Source: Shigella phage ESh24. From it: a stretch of 64,000 bases of DNA. Where the stretch lies: the sequence record ON528734; one strand, given 5' to 3'. The translations under genes and the position numbers were made by a program. Below are positions 28,405 through 39,223 of this stretch, one piece after another; positions within the stretch are counted from its first letter, which is position 1, and each line of letters opens with the position of its first letter. The notes beneath the pieces were generated by a model, which was given only the letters and a program-made list of their open reading frames with translations, ran no database searches and had not been told where the DNA came from.

Positions 28405-29364
28405 ATGATTACCGTAAATGAAAAAGAACACATTCTTGAACAGAAATATCGTCCATCTACTATCGATGAATGTATTCTTCCCGCCTTTGATAAAGAAACC
28501 TTTAAATCTATTACAAGTAAAGGTAAAATTCCACATATTATTCTTCATTCTCCTTCTCCAGGAACAGGTAAAACAACTGTAGCGAAAGCATTGTGTCATG
28601 ATGTAAATGCTGATATGATGTTTGTGAATGGATCAGATTGTAAAATTGATTTCGTTCGTGGTCCTTTGACTAATTTTGCCAGCGCCGCTTCATTTGATGG
28701 TCGTCAAAAAGTAATCGTTATTGATGAATTTGACCGCTCAGGATTAGCAGAGTCTCAGCGACATCTTCGCTCCTTTATGGAAGCTTATAGTTCAAACTGT
28801 AGTATTATTATTACTGCTAACAATATTGATGGTATTATTAAACCACTTCAGTCACGCTGTCGAGTTATTACATTCGGTCAACCGACCGATGAAGATAAAA
28901 TTGAAATGATGAAGCAGATGATTCGTCGATTGACTGAAATCTGTAAACATGAAGGTATTGCTATAGCTGATATGAAAGTTGTAGCAGCTTTGGTTAAAAA
29001 GAATTTTCCTGATTTTCGTAAAACTATTGGCGAGCTCGATAGTTATTCATCTAAAGGTGTTTTGGATGCTGGTATTTTATCACTGGTTACTAACGATCGT
29101 GGTGCTATTGATGATGTTCTTGAGTCTCTCAAAAATAAAGATGTTAAACAACTCAGAGCTTTAGCACCAAAATATGCAGCCGATTATTCGTGGTTCGTTG
29201 GTAAACTTGCCGAAGAAATCTATACACGTGTAACACCACAGAGTATTATTCGTATGTACGAAATTGTCGGCGAAAATAATCAGTATCATGGTATTGCAGC
29301 TAATATTGAATTGCATCTAGCTTATCTTTTCATTCAGTTAGCATGTGAAATGCAGTGGAAGTGA
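28405..29364 (+). CDS. 44: clamp loader large subunit gp44
   Basis: 319 aa; Walker [11 protein letters not shown], Walker [12 protein letters not shown] motif. Confidence 0.95.
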   Translation: MITVNEKEHILEQKYRPSTIDECILPAFDKETFKSITSKGKIPHIILHSPSPGTGKTTVAKALCHDVNADMMFVNGSDCKIDFVRGPLTNFASAASFDGRQKVIVIDEFDRSGLAESQRHLRSFMEAYSSNCSIIITANNIDGIIKPLQSRCRVITFGQPTDEDKIEMMKQMIRRLTEICKHEGIAIADMKVVAALVKKNFPDFRKTIGELDSYSSKGVLDAGILSLVTNDRGAIDDVLESLKNKDVKQLRALAPKYAADYSWFVGKLAEEIYTRVTPQSIIRMYEIVGENNQYHGIAANIELHLAYLFIQLACEMQWK

Positions 29365-29365
29365 T

Positions 29366-29929
29366 ATGAGCTTATTTGAAGATGATATTCAATTAAACGA
29401 GCATCAAGTTGCTTGGTATTCTAAAGATTGGACAGCTGTCCAATCCGCTGCTGATTCTTTTAAAGAAAAAGCTGAAAATGAGTTTTTTGAAATAATTGGA
29501 GCTATTAATAATAAAACTAAATGCTCTATTGCTCAAAAAGATTATTCAAAATACATGGTTGAAAATGCATTATCACAATTTCCAGAGTGCATGCCAGCTG
29601 TATATGCTATGAATTTAATTGGATCAGGCTTAAGTGATGAAGCCCATTTTAATTATCTAATGGCTGCAGTTCCTCGTGGTAAAAGATATGGTAAATGGGC
29701 AAAACTAGTTGAAGATTCCACCGAAGTATTGATTATTAAGTTACTTGCTAAACGGTATCAAGTTAATACAAATGATGCAATTAACTATAAATCAATTCTT
29801 ACTAAAAATGGAAAACTTCCTTTAGTATTAAAAGAACTAAAAGGTTTAGTCACGGATGATTTTTTGAAAGAAGTGACTAAGAACGTAAAAGAACAGAAAC
29901 AACTCAAAAAACTAGCATTGGAATGGTAA
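29366..29929 (+). CDS. 62: clamp loader small subunit gp62
   Basis: 187 aa; adjacent to 44. Confidence 0.9.
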   Translation: MSLFEDDIQLNEHQVAWYSKDWTAVQSAADSFKEKAENEFFEIIGAINNKTKCSIAQKDYSKYMVENALSQFPECMPAVYAMNLIGSGLSDEAHFNYLMAAVPRGKRYGKWAKLVEDSTEVLIIKLLAKRYQVNTNDAINYKSILTKNGKLPLVLKELKGLVTDDFLKEVTKNVKEQKQLKKLALEW

Positions 29930-29930
29930 A

Positions 29931-30299
29931 ATGATTGAAATTACTCTTAAAAAACCTGAAGATTTTCTGAAAGTAAAAGAAACTTTGACTCGTATGGGAA
30001 TTGCTAATAATAAAGATAAAGTTCTGTATCAGTCCTGTCATATTCTTCAGAAAAAAGGACTATACTATATCGTTCATTTTAAAGAAATGCTTCGTATGGA
30101 TGGCCGTCAAGTTGAAATGACAGAAGAAGATGAAGTTCGTCGTGATTCGATTGCATGGCTGTTAGAAGATTGGGGGCTGATTGAAATCGTTCCTGGACAA
30201 AGAACTTTTATGAAAGATTTAACTAATAACTTCCGAGTTATTTCTTTTAAACAAAAACATGAATGGAAACTCGTTCCTAAATATACGATTGGTAATTAA
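29931..30299 (+). CDS. regA: translational repressor RegA
   Basis: 122 aa; matches T4 RegA. Confidence 0.95.
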   Translation: MIEITLKKPEDFLKVKETLTRMGIANNKDKVLYQSCHILQKKGLYYIVHFKEMLRMDGRQVEMTEEDEVRRDSIAWLLEDWGLIEIVPGQRTFMKDLTNNFRVISFKQKHEWKLVPKYTIGN

Positions 30300-30301
30300 G
30301 C

Positions 30302-30324
30302 AAGGGGCTTCGGCCCCTTATTTG
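30302..30324 (+). terminator. RNA hairpin / terminator (AGGGGC-UUCG-GCCCCT)
   Basis: UUCG tetraloop hairpin. Confidence 0.7.
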
Positions 30325-30377
30325 GAGTATAATATATCAAGAGCCTAATAACTCGGGCTATAAACTAAGGAATATCT

Positions 30378-33074
30378 ATGAAAGAATTTTATATCTCTAT
30401 CGAAACAGTCGGAAATAACATTGTTGAACGTTATATTGATGAAAACGGAAAGGAACGTACTCGTGAAGTAGAATATCTTCCAACTATGTTTAGGCATTGT
30501 AAGGAAGAGTCAAAGTACAAAGACATCTATGGCAAAAATTGTGCTCCTCAAAAATTTCCATCAATGAAAGATGCTCGAGATTGGATGAAACGAATGGAAG
30601 ACATCGGTCTCGAAGCTCTCGGTATGAACGATTTTAAACTCGCTTATATCAGTGATACATACGGTTCAGAAATTGTTTATGACCGAAAATTTGTTCGTGT
30701 AGCTAACTGTGACATTGAGGTTACTGGCGATAAATTTCCTGACCCAATGAAAGCTGAATATGAAATTGATGCTATTACTCATTACGATTCAATTGATGAT
30801 CGTTTTTATGTTTTCGACCTTTTGAATTCAATGTATGGTTCAGTATCAAAATGGGATGCAAAGTTAGCTGCTAAGCTTGACTGTGAAGGTGGTGATGAAG
30901 TTCCTCAAGAAATTCTTGACCGAGTAATTTATATGCCATTCGATAATGAGCGTGATATGCTCATGGAATATATCAATCTCTGGGAACAGAAACGACCTGC
31001 TATTTTTACTGGTTGGAATATTGAGGGATTTGACGTTCCGTATATCATGAATCGCGTTAAAATGGTTCTCGGTGAACGTAGTATGAAACGCTTCTCTCCA
31101 ATCGGTCGAGTAAAATCTAAACTTATCCAAAATATGTACGGTAGCAAAGAAATTTATTCTATTGATGGCGTATCTGTTCTTGATTATTTAGATTTGTATA
31201 AGAAATTCGCATTTACTAATTTGCCGTCATTCTCTTTGGAATCAGTTGCTCAACATGAAACCAAAAAAGGTAAATTACCATACGATGGTCCTATTAATAA
31301 ACTTCGTGAGACTAATCATCAACGATATATCAGTTATAACATCATTGACGTAGAATCAGTTCAAGCAATTGATAAAATTCGCGGGTTTATCGATCTAGTT
31401 TTAAGTATGTCTTATTACGCTAAAATGCCTTTTTCCGGTGTAATGAGTCCTATTAAAACCTGGGATGCTATTATTTTTAACTCATTGAAAGGTGAACATA
31501 AGGTTATTCCTCAACAAGGTTCGCATGTTAAACAGAGTTTTCCGGGTGCATTTGTGTTTGAACCTAAACCAATTGCTCGTCGATATATTATGAGTTTTGA
31601 CTTGACGTCTCTGTATCCGAGCATTATTCGTCAGGTTAACATTAGTCCTGAGACTATTCGTGGTCAGTTTAAAGTTCATCCAATTCATGAATATATTGCA
31701 GGAACAGCTCCTAAACCGAGTGATGAATATTCTTGTTCTCCGAATGGATGGATGTATGATAAGCATCAAGAAGGTATCATTCCAAAGGAAATCGCTAAAG
31801 TATTTTTCCAGCGTAAAGACTGGAAAAAGAAAATGTTCGCTGAAGAAATGAATGCCGAAGCTATTAAAAAGATTATTATGAAAGGCGCAGGATCTTGTTC
31901 AACTAAACCAGAAGTTGAACGATATGTTAAGTTCAGTGATGATTTCTTAAATGAACTATCGAATTATACTGAATCTGTTCTCAATAGTTTGATTGAAGAG
32001 TGTGAAAAAGCAGCTACACTTGCTAACACAAATCAGCTGAACCGTAAAATTCTTATTAACAGTCTTTACGGTGCTCTTGGTAATATTCATTTCCGTTACT
32101 ATGATTTGCGAAATGCTACTGCTATCACAATTTTCGGCCAAGTTGGTATTCAGTGGATTGCTCGTAAAATTAATGAATATCTGAATAAAGTATGCGGAAC
32201 TAATGGCGAAGATTTCATTGCAGCAGGTGATACTGATTCGGTATATGTTTGTGTAGATAAAGTTATTGAAAAAGTCGGTCTTGACCGATTCAAAGAGCAG
32301 AACGATTTGGTTGAATTTATGAATCAGTTCGGTAAGAAAAAGATGGAACCTATGATTGATGTTGCATATCGTGAGTTATGTGATTATATGAATAACCGCG
32401 AGCATCTGATGCATATGGATCGTGAAGCTATTTCTTGCCCTCCGCTTGGTTCAAAGGGTGTTGGTGGATTTTGGAAAGCGAAAAAGCGTTATGCTCTGAA
32501 CGTTTATGATATGGAAGATAAGCGATTTGCTGAACCGCATCTAAAAATCATGGGTATGGAAACTCAGCAAAGTTCAACGCCTAAAGCGGTCCAAGAAGCT
32601 CTTGAAGAAAGTATCCGTCGTATTCTTCAAGAAGGCGAAGAGTCTGTTCAAGAATATTATAAGAACTTTGAGAAAGAATATCGTCAACTTGACTATAAAG
32701 TTATTGCTGAAGTAAAAACTGCGAACGATATAGCGAAATATGATGATAAAGGTTGGCCAGGATTTAAATGTCCGTTCCATATTCGTGGTGTGCTAACTTA
32801 TCGTCGAGCTGTTAGCGGTTTAGGTGTAGCTCCAATTTTGGATGGAAATAAAGTAATGGTTCTTCCATTACGTGAAGGAAATCCATTTGGTGACAAATGC
32901 ATTGCTTGGCCGTCGGGCACAGAACTTCCAAAAGAAATTCGTTCTGACGTACTGTCTTGGATTGACTACTCAACCTTGTTCCAAAAATCGTTTGTTAAAC
33001 CGCTTGCAGGCATGTGTGAATCGGCTGGTATGGACTATGAAGAAAAAGCTTCGTTAGACTTCCTGTTTGGCTGA
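30378..33074 (+). CDS. 43: DNA polymerase gp43 (family B, with 3'-5' exonuclease)
   Basis: 898 aa; exo motif CDIEV, pol motifs DLTSLYPS and YGDTDS-like AAGDTDS. Confidence 0.97.
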   Translation: MKEFYISIETVGNNIVERYIDENGKERTREVEYLPTMFRHCKEESKYKDIYGKNCAPQKFPSMKDARDWMKRMEDIGLEALGMNDFKLAYISDTYGSEIVYDRKFVRVANCDIEVTGDKFPDPMKAEYEIDAITHYDSIDDRFYVFDLLNSMYGSVSKWDAKLAAKLDCEGGDEVPQEILDRVIYMPFDNERDMLMEYINLWEQKRPAIFTGWNIEGFDVPYIMNRVKMVLGERSMKRFSPIGRVKSKLIQNMYGSKEIYSIDGVSVLDYLDLYKKFAFTNLPSFSLESVAQHETKKGKLPYDGPINKLRETNHQRYISYNIIDVESVQAIDKIRGFIDLVLSMSYYAKMPFSGVMSPIKTWDAIIFNSLKGEHKVIPQQGSHVKQSFPGAFVFEPKPIARRYIMSFDLTSLYPSIIRQVNISPETIRGQFKVHPIHEYIAGTAPKPSDEYSCSPNGWMYDKHQEGIIPKEIAKVFFQRKDWKKKMFAEEMNAEAIKKIIMKGAGSCSTKPEVERYVKFSDDFLNELSNYTESVLNSLIEECEKAATLANTNQLNRKILINSLYGALGNIHFRYYDLRNATAITIFGQVGIQWIARKINEYLNKVCGTNGEDFIAAGDTDSVYVCVDKVIEKVGLDRFKEQNDLVEFMNQFGKKKMEPMIDVAYRELCDYMNNREHLMHMDREAISCPPLGSKGVGGFWKAKKRYALNVYDMEDKRFAEPHLKIMGMETQQSSTPKAVQEALEESIRRILQEGEESVQEYYKNFEKEYRQLDYKVIAEVKTANDIAKYDDKGWPGFKCPFHIRGVLTYRRAVSGLGVAPILDGNKVMVLPLREGNPFGDKCIAWPSGTELPKEIRSDVLSWIDYSTLFQKSFVKPLAGMCESAGMDYEEKASLDFLFG

Positions 33075-33086
33075 TAGAATAAATCT

Positions 33087-33109
33087 AGGGACCTCCGGGT
33101 CCCTTTTTC
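33087..33109 (+). terminator. rho-independent terminator (GGGACC-UCCG-GGUCCC + T5)
   Basis: 6-bp GC stem + T run. Confidence 0.85.
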
Positions 33110-33190
33110 ATACAAGTAATATAAATCTATACTTAGGAAAAATAGATGATTCTGGACCCTTTGGATTCATTAAAAATTTTTCACAAAACT

Positions 33191-33222
33191 GTTTACATCC
33201 CTGTTCTTCCATGGTACTATAC
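33191..33222 (+). promoter_or_regulatory. T4-type early promoter with conserved leader cassette
   Basis: TTTTCACAAAACTGTTTACA...TGGTACTATACAACTATCAACTACTGATACAGATTTGGAGAATGAAATG. Confidence 0.75.
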
Positions 33223-33257
33223 AACTATCAACTACTGATACAGATTTGGAGAATGAA

Positions 33258-33638
33258 ATGAAAATCACTATTTTGGTTATTGCATTAGGTCTTACTGGTT
33301 GTGTAGCTCAAGGACCGGTAGTAAATCAGTCTGATGTAGGAAAAATTGTAAATTGTTCAAGTAAATTTTATAATCCTAATGTCAAGTGTTATAAAGAAGC
33401 TCCAAAGCAAACAGTAGAACAAATGCAGGCGAATTTTGACGAAGCTATTCGTCCAGATGAATCTGCTCAAGCATATCGTAATTCGGATGTAATTACACGC
33501 GAAGAAAAAATTGAAAACTACTGCGCCGAGCTTTGGGCTAATTGGGCTAATAATTACCAATGGCGTACTGGTAAAAATGCTCCGATGGAGTATGTAGTGA
33601 ATTCTTATAATTCATGTGTAAAAAATTTGACTAAGTGA
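33258..33638 (+). CDS. predicted lipoprotein (126 aa)
   Basis: Signal peptide with lipobox LTGC. Confidence 0.6.
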   Translation: MKITILVIALGLTGCVAQGPVVNQSDVGKIVNCSSKFYNPNVKCYKEAPKQTVEQMQANFDEAIRPDESAQAYRNSDVITREEKIENYCAELWANWANNYQWRTGKNAPMEYVVNSYNSCVKNLTK

Positions 33639-33645
33639 GGAAAAC

Positions 33646-33897
33646 ATGGAAACTTTAGTAGCAGGTTCAATTTTTATGGTTTTAGTTTCAGGTGTGTTGG
33701 CTATTATTATATACATGCTTCCATGGTTTATCGCCTTGATGCGTGGGTCAAAATCGACAGTAGGAATCTTTTTCACATCTTTACTGTTTAACTGGTCAAT
33801 TATTGGTTGGTTTATTACATTTATTTGGTCAATTGCGGGTGAAACTAAAAAGTCTGCACAACCAAATCAGGTAATTATCATCAGAGAGAAGGAATGA
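33646..33897 (+). CDS. imm: immunity (superinfection exclusion) membrane protein
   Basis: 83 aa, two TM segments; position between 43 and 42. Confidence 0.88.
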   Translation: METLVAGSIFMVLVSGVLAIIIYMLPWFIALMRGSKSTVGIFFTSLLFNWSIIGWFITFIWSIAGETKKSAQPNQVIIIREKE

Positions 33898-34043
33898 AAA
33901 GCAAAATTATAACAGTGTTGCTTTTAATCTTGATGATTATAATAAGTATATACTATAGTGTAACGGTTCCTCTTATGATTCCAACTATTATTTTAGGTTG
34001 GGGTTTATTACTGTTACAAGTTAAATATGAATGTATCAATTGA
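33894..34043 (+). CDS. small membrane protein (49 aa)
   Basis: ATGA overlap with imm; hydrophobic. Confidence 0.4.
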   Translation: MKSKIITVLLLILMIIISIYYSVTVPLMIPTIILGWGLLLLQVKYECIN

Positions 34044-34050
34044 GGTTTAA

Positions 34051-34791
34051 ATGATTAGTGACTCTATGACAGTTGAAGAAATCCGTCTTCATTTAGGGCT
34101 TGCATTAAAAGAAAAAGATTTCGTAGTTGATAAAACTGGTGTTAAAACTATTGAAATTATTGGCGCATCATTTGTAGCAGATGAACCGTTTATTTTTGGC
34201 GCTCTTAATGATGAATACATTCAGCGTGAACTTGAATGGTATAAATCTAAGAGTTTGTTTGTTAAAGATATTCCAGGTGAAACACCAAAGATTTGGCAGC
34301 AGGTAGCATCTTCTAAAGGTGAAATTAACTCGAATTATGGTTGGGCTATCTGGTCAGAAGATAACTATGCTCAATATGACATGTGTTTAGCTGAACTTGG
34401 TCAAAATCCTGATTCTCGACGTGGTATCATGATTTATACTCGTCCATCCATGCAATTTGACTACAATAAAGATGGTATGTCAGATTTCATGTGTACTAAT
34501 ACAGTACAGTACCTGATTCGTGATAAGAAAGTCAATGCAGTAGTAAGCATGCGCTCAAATGACGTGGTCTTCGGATTCCGTAATGATTATGCATGGCAAA
34601 AATACGTATTAGATAAATTAGTATCTGATTTGAATGCAGGCGATTCAACTCGTCAGTATAAAGCAGGTTCTATTATATGGAATGTCGGAAGTCTTCATGT
34701 ATATTCTCGTCATTTTTACTTGGTTGATCATTGGTGGAATACTGGCGAAACTCATATTGTGAAAAAAGACTATAAAGGTGAGTGGAAATGA
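34051..34791 (+). CDS. 42: dCMP hydroxymethylase gp42
   Basis: 246 aa; thymidylate-synthase-like; matches T4 gp42. Confidence 0.93.
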   Translation: MISDSMTVEEIRLHLGLALKEKDFVVDKTGVKTIEIIGASFVADEPFIFGALNDEYIQRELEWYKSKSLFVKDIPGETPKIWQQVASSKGEINSNYGWAIWSEDNYAQYDMCLAELGQNPDSRRGIMIYTRPSMQFDYNKDGMSDFMCTNTVQYLIRDKKVNAVVSMRSNDVVFGFRNDYAWQKYVLDKLVSDLNAGDSTRQYKAGSIIWNVGSLHVYSRHFYLVDHWWNTGETHIVKKDYKGEWK

Positions 34792-35630
34792 TTCAATTCG
34801 TAATTCCAAGCTATCAACGTGTAGGGGCAGTTTCTGCCATTGATATGTTTCCGACTGATTATGAACCTCATATTGTAGTGCGTGAACACGAAGAAAAAGC
34901 TTATTATGATGCCTATGGGTCTAAAGCTAAAATTATAACTATTCCTGATGATGTAAACGGAATTGCCGGTACTCGTAAAGCAATTACTGATATGTATGCA
35001 GGTCAACGAATCTGGATGATTGACGATGATACTACTATTCGTATGAGTTCAATGCGAAAAAGAGATGACCGTCGTTGTGTAGATAAAGTCAATCAATTAA
35101 CCCGTGAACAGTTCTATGAATTGATTCAATACGTTGAAGATGCCATGGATTGCGGGTATTATCACGGTCATGCTCGGCTACCAATTTTTAAAATTACTTC
35201 ATCTTGGGGTAATTATCGTGAAAATTCATATGGATTCACGAATACATGGTATGACCTTGGAAAACTTACGACAGAACAAATTGGGTATGGAAAAATTGAT
35301 TTATGCGAAGATATGTATGCATTTCTCAATTTAATTAATCAAGGTTATCCGCATTTGGCCTTGTTCAAATATCTTGTTGTATCCGGAAAAGCACAGGCTC
35401 CTGGCGGGTGCAGTTCAATTCGTAGTAATTCTAAACATAATAGAGCGCTTGAGCAGATTAATAGAGAGTTTCCAGAGCAAGCTCGTTGGAAAACTTCTAA
35501 TATTGAAAAACGAAAATCGTTGGGTGAAGAAGATGAACCATTAAAGGTTCTTCGCATGTGTGTTTCGCGCAAAGAAAAATCAGAAGCATTTCATAAGTTT
35601 AATGCTATTCATCCGATAGCAGTTGATTAA
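34788..35630 (+). CDS. GT-A-type glycosyltransferase with DxD motif; likely T2/T6-type beta-glucosyl-HMC-alpha-glucosyltransferase
   Basis: 280 aa; IWMIDDDTTI DxD motif; sits where T4 has beta-gt, which it does not resemble. Confidence 0.65.
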   Translation: MIQFVIPSYQRVGAVSAIDMFPTDYEPHIVVREHEEKAYYDAYGSKAKIITIPDDVNGIAGTRKAITDMYAGQRIWMIDDDTTIRMSSMRKRDDRRCVDKVNQLTREQFYELIQYVEDAMDCGYYHGHARLPIFKITSSWGNYRENSYGFTNTWYDLGKLTTEQIGYGKIDLCEDMYAFLNLINQGYPHLALFKYLVVSGKAQAPGGCSSIRSNSKHNRALEQINREFPEQARWKTSNIEKRKSLGEEDEPLKVLRMCVSRKEKSEAFHKFNAIHPIAVD

Positions 35631-35707
35631 TGCCTAAATTTATTGTGTTATAATTACTCTATCTTTAACCAGTGAGGAAAATATAATGATGCCTATGGAA
35701 AAAATGA

Positions 35708-36889
35708 ATGTCTATTGCAGATTTAAAATCCCGTTTGATTAAAGCTTCCACTTCTAAAATGACTGCTGAACTGACTACATCTAAATTCTTTAATGAAAAG
35801 GATGTAATCCGTACAAAAATCCCAATGCTTAATATTGCTATTTCTGGTGCGATTGATGGCGGTATGCAGTCTGGTTTAACTATTTTCGCAGGGCCTTCTA
35901 AACACTTTAAATCAAATATGTCTTTGACTATGGTTGCGGCATATTTGAACAAATATCCTGACGCGGTTTGTCTATTCTATGATAGTGAATTTGGTATTAC
36001 TCCAGCTTATTTGCGATCTATGGGAGTTGACCCGGAACGAGTAATTCATACACCAATCCAGTCAGTTGAACAGCTGAAAATTGATATGGTGAACCAGCTT
36101 GAAGCTATTGAGCGTGGTGAAAAAGTTATTGTATTCATCGACTCAATTGGTAATATGGCTTCCAAGAAAGAAACGGAAGATGCCTTGAATGAAAAATCTG
36201 TGGCAGATATGACTCGTGCTAAATCACTGAAGTCATTATTCCGTATTGTTACTCCTTATTTTAGTATTAAAAATATCCCATGTGTTGCGGTTAACCATAC
36301 AATTGAAACAATTGAAATGTTTAGTAAAACCGTGATGACAGGTGGTACAGGCGTAATGTATTCGGCTGATACCGTATTCATTATCGGTAAACGTCAGATT
36401 AAAGATGGTTCTGATCTTCAAGGGTATCAATTTGTTCTAAATGTAGAAAAATCTCGTACCGTTAAAGAAAAAAGTAAATTCTTTATTGATGTTAAATTTG
36501 ACGGCGGTATCGATCCTTATTCTGGATTGTTAGATATGGCTCTAGAATTAGGATTCGTGGTAAAACCTAAAAATGGTTGGTATGCTCGTGAATTTCTTGA
36601 TGAAGAAACCGGCGAGATGATTCGCGAAGAAAAATCTTGGCGTGCAAAAGATACTAATTGCACTACATTCTGGGGTCCTTTATTTAAGCATCAACCATTC
36701 CGAGATGCTATTAAACGTGCTTATCAGTTAGGTGCTATTGATAGTAATGAAATTGTTGAAGCTGAAGTTGATGAATTAATTAACTCAAAAGTTGAAAAAT
36801 TTAAATCTCCAGAAAGTAAAAGTAAATCAGCTGCTGATTTAGAAACTGACCTAGATCAGCTAAGTGATATGGAAGAATTTAATGAATAA
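35708..36889 (+). CDS. uvsX: recombinase UvsX (RecA-like)
   Basis: 393 aa; Walker A GPSKHFKS; matches T4 UvsX. Confidence 0.95.
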   Translation: MSIADLKSRLIKASTSKMTAELTTSKFFNEKDVIRTKIPMLNIAISGAIDGGMQSGLTIFAGPSKHFKSNMSLTMVAAYLNKYPDAVCLFYDSEFGITPAYLRSMGVDPERVIHTPIQSVEQLKIDMVNQLEAIERGEKVIVFIDSIGNMASKKETEDALNEKSVADMTRAKSLKSLFRIVTPYFSIKNIPCVAVNHTIETIEMFSKTVMTGGTGVMYSADTVFIIGKRQIKDGSDLQGYQFVLNVEKSRTVKEKSKFFIDVKFDGGIDPYSGLLDMALELGFVVKPKNGWYAREFLDEETGEMIREEKSWRAKDTNCTTFWGPLFKHQPFRDAIKRAYQLGAIDSNEIVEAEVDELINSKVEKFKSPESKSKSAADLETDLDQLSDMEEFNE

Positions 36890-37226
36890 AGATGATTTAG
36901 ACTTAGATCTAGAAATTATCGATGAATCCCCCTCTTCGGAGGGGGAAGAAGAAAGAAAAGAACGTCTTTTTAATGAATCTCTTAAGATAATTAAATCTGC
37001 CATGGAAAATGTTATCCAGGAGATTGTCATTAAACTAGAAGATGGTTCTACACACATTGTGTATGTGACAAAATTAGATTGGGTTGATGGAAAAGTCGTA
37101 ATGGACTTTGCTGTTCTTGACCAAGAAAGAAAAGCTGAGTTAGCTCCTCATGTAGAAAAATGTATTACAATGCAACTACAAGATGCATTTAATAAAAGGT
37201 CAAAGAAAAAGTTTAAATTCTTTTAA
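36882..37226 (+). CDS. 40: head vertex assembly chaperone gp40
   Basis: 114 aa; position between uvsX and 41. Confidence 0.8.
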   Translation: MNKDDLDLDLEIIDESPSSEGEEERKERLFNESLKIIKSAMENVIQEIVIKLEDGSTHIVYVTKLDWVDGKVVMDFAVLDQERKAELAPHVEKCITMQLQDAFNKRSKKKFKFF

Positions 37227-37235
37227 GGAGTAAGT

Positions 37236-38663
37236 GTGGTAGAAATTATTCTTTCTCATCTTATATTTGATCAAGCTTATTTTTCAAAAGTTTGGCCATA
37301 TATGGATTCAGAATATTTTGAAAGTGGTCCAGCTAAAAATACATTCAAATTAATTAAATCTCATGTTAATGAGTATCATAGCGTTCCATCTATCAATGCG
37401 TTAAATGTTGCATTAGAAAATAGTTCATTTACTGAAACAGAATATTCTGGTGTAAAAACACTTATTTCAAAACTGGCTGATTCTCCAGAAGACCACAGTT
37501 GGTTAGTAAAAGAAACAGAAAAATATGTTCAGCAAAGGGCGATGTTTAATGCTACGTCTAAAATAATCGAAATTCAAACTAATGCTGAGCTTCCTCCGGA
37601 AAAACGAAATAAGAAAATGCCGGATGTTGGTGCTATTCCTGACATCATGCGGCAAGCATTATCTATTTCATTTGATAGTTACGTTGGTCATGATTGGATG
37701 GATGACTATGAAGCACGTTGGCTATCTTATATGAATAAAGCTCGTAAAGTTCCATTTAAACTCAGAATTCTAAACAAAATTACTAAAGGCGGAGCTGAAA
37801 CAGGAACACTGAACGTTTTAATGGCTGGCGTTAACGTTGGTAAATCATTAGGACTTTGTTCATTAGCAGCAGATTATTTGCAGCTTGGTCATAACGTTCT
37901 TTATATCTCCATGGAAATGGCAGAAGAAGTCTGCGCTAAACGTATTGATGCTAATATGCTCGATGTTTCTCTTGACGATATTGATGATGGACATATTTCT
38001 TACGCTGAGTATAAAGGAAAAATGGAAAAATGGCGTGAGAAATCTACTCTCGGTCGTTTAATCGTTAAACAGTATCCTACTGGTGGAGCAGACGCTAATA
38101 CATTCAGGTCTCTCTTGAACGAATTGAAGCTCAAAAAGAATTTTGTTCCAACAATCATTATTGTCGACTATCTAGGTATTTGTAAATCTTGCCGCATTAG
38201 AGTTTATTCAGAAAATAGTTACACAACTGTTAAAGCTATTGCAGAGGAATTGCGTGCTCTGGCTGTTGAAACCGAAACTGTTCTTTGGACTGCAGCACAG
38301 GTCGGTAAACAAGCTTGGGACTCTTCTGATGTTAACATGAGCGATATTGCAGAATCTGCCGGTCTTCCAGCAACGGCTGATTTTATGCTTGCGGTCATTG
38401 AAACCGAGGAGCTAGCAGCTGCTGAACAACAACTCATTAAGCAAATCAAATCACGATATGGTGATAAGAATAAGTGGAATAAGTTTTTGATGGGTGTTCA
38501 AAAAGGAAATCAAAAATGGGTAGAAATTGAACAAGATTCTACTCCAAGTGAAGTGAGTGAGGTAGCAGGTTCACAACAGATTCAGGCTGAACAGAATCGC
38601 TATCAAAGAAACGAATCGACTCGAGCTCAGTTAGATGCTTTGGCAAATGAATTAAAATTTTAA
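37236..38663 (+). CDS. 41: replicative DNA helicase gp41 (DnaB-like), GTG start
   Basis: 475 aa; Walker A GVNVGKS; AGGAG RBS before GTG. Confidence 0.95.
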   Translation: MVEIILSHLIFDQAYFSKVWPYMDSEYFESGPAKNTFKLIKSHVNEYHSVPSINALNVALENSSFTETEYSGVKTLISKLADSPEDHSWLVKETEKYVQQRAMFNATSKIIEIQTNAELPPEKRNKKMPDVGAIPDIMRQALSISFDSYVGHDWMDDYEARWLSYMNKARKVPFKLRILNKITKGGAETGTLNVLMAGVNVGKSLGLCSLAADYLQLGHNVLYISMEMAEEVCAKRIDANMLDVSLDDIDDGHISYAEYKGKMEKWREKSTLGRLIVKQYPTGGADANTFRSLLNELKLKKNFVPTIIIVDYLGICKSCRIRVYSENSYTTVKAIAEELRALAVETETVLWTAAQVGKQAWDSSDVNMSDIAESAGLPATADFMLAVIETEELAAAEQQLIKQIKSRYGDKNKWNKFLMGVQKGNQKWVEIEQDSTPSEVSEVAGSQQIQAEQNRYQRNESTRAQLDALANELKF

Positions 38664-38694
38664 TTTACAAGCTGACAAGACTATGGTATAGTAG
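38663..38694 (+). promoter_or_regulatory. T4-type early promoter
   Basis: ATTTACAAGCTGACAAGACTATGGTATAGT. Confidence 0.65.
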
Positions 38695-38721
38695 TCTTGT
38701 TGGTTAAATGAGGAGATTGTT

Positions 38722-38904
38722 ATGGAATTGGTAAAGGTAGTTTTTATGGGGTGGTTTAAGAATGAAAGCATGTTTACTAAAGAAATCACAATGATGAAAG
38801 ATGACGTTCAATGGGCTACTACTCAATATGCTGAAGTTAATAAAGCATTAGTTAAAGCTTTCATTGATGACAAGAAAGTATGTGAAGTAGATTGCCGAGG
38901 ATAA
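38722..38904 (+). CDS. dmd: Dmd antitoxin (inhibitor of host RnlA/LsoA)
   Basis: 60 aa; position immediately after 41 as in T4. Confidence 0.85.
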   Translation: MELVKVVFMGWFKNESMFTKEITMMKDDVQWATTQYAEVNKALVKAFIDDKKVCEVDCRG

Positions 38905-38905
38905 T

Positions 38906-39163
38906 ATGCATATTGTTTTATTTAAACCTACTTCGTATAACGTCAGGAAAAATACGCAATTCAAAGCACTTATTGCAGATACATGGGAATTGGTGTTAGA
39001 TATTCCAGCAGAAGAAAGTCCTCCATTTGGTCGAGTGGAATTTATTAAGTTTGCTGTACGTCCTACGAAGAGGCAGATTCGTCAGTGTAAAAGGTATTTT
39101 CGTAAGATCGTTAAGCTAGAAAAACAGTTTGTAACATGTGATTACACAGAAGTTTTAAAATAA
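38906..39163 (+). CDS. hypothetical protein (85 aa), 61.4 position
   Basis: ORF between dmd and sp. Confidence 0.5.
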   Translation: MHIVLFKPTSYNVRKNTQFKALIADTWELVLDIPAEESPPFGRVEFIKFAVRPTKRQIRQCKRYFRKIVKLEKQFVTCDYTEVLK

Positions 39164-39223
39164 CTATTTACTTTTGTTGGAAATTGAGATACTATATAAA
39201 CATAAACTACTGAGGAGATTATC

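Noticed and set aside
36925-36940. Strong UUCG hairpin CCCCTC-UUCG-GAGGGG as a terminator
   Set aside because: It lies inside the gene 40 coding frame (DESPSSEGEEE) with no T tract, so it is a coding-sequence coincidence or at most a translational pause.
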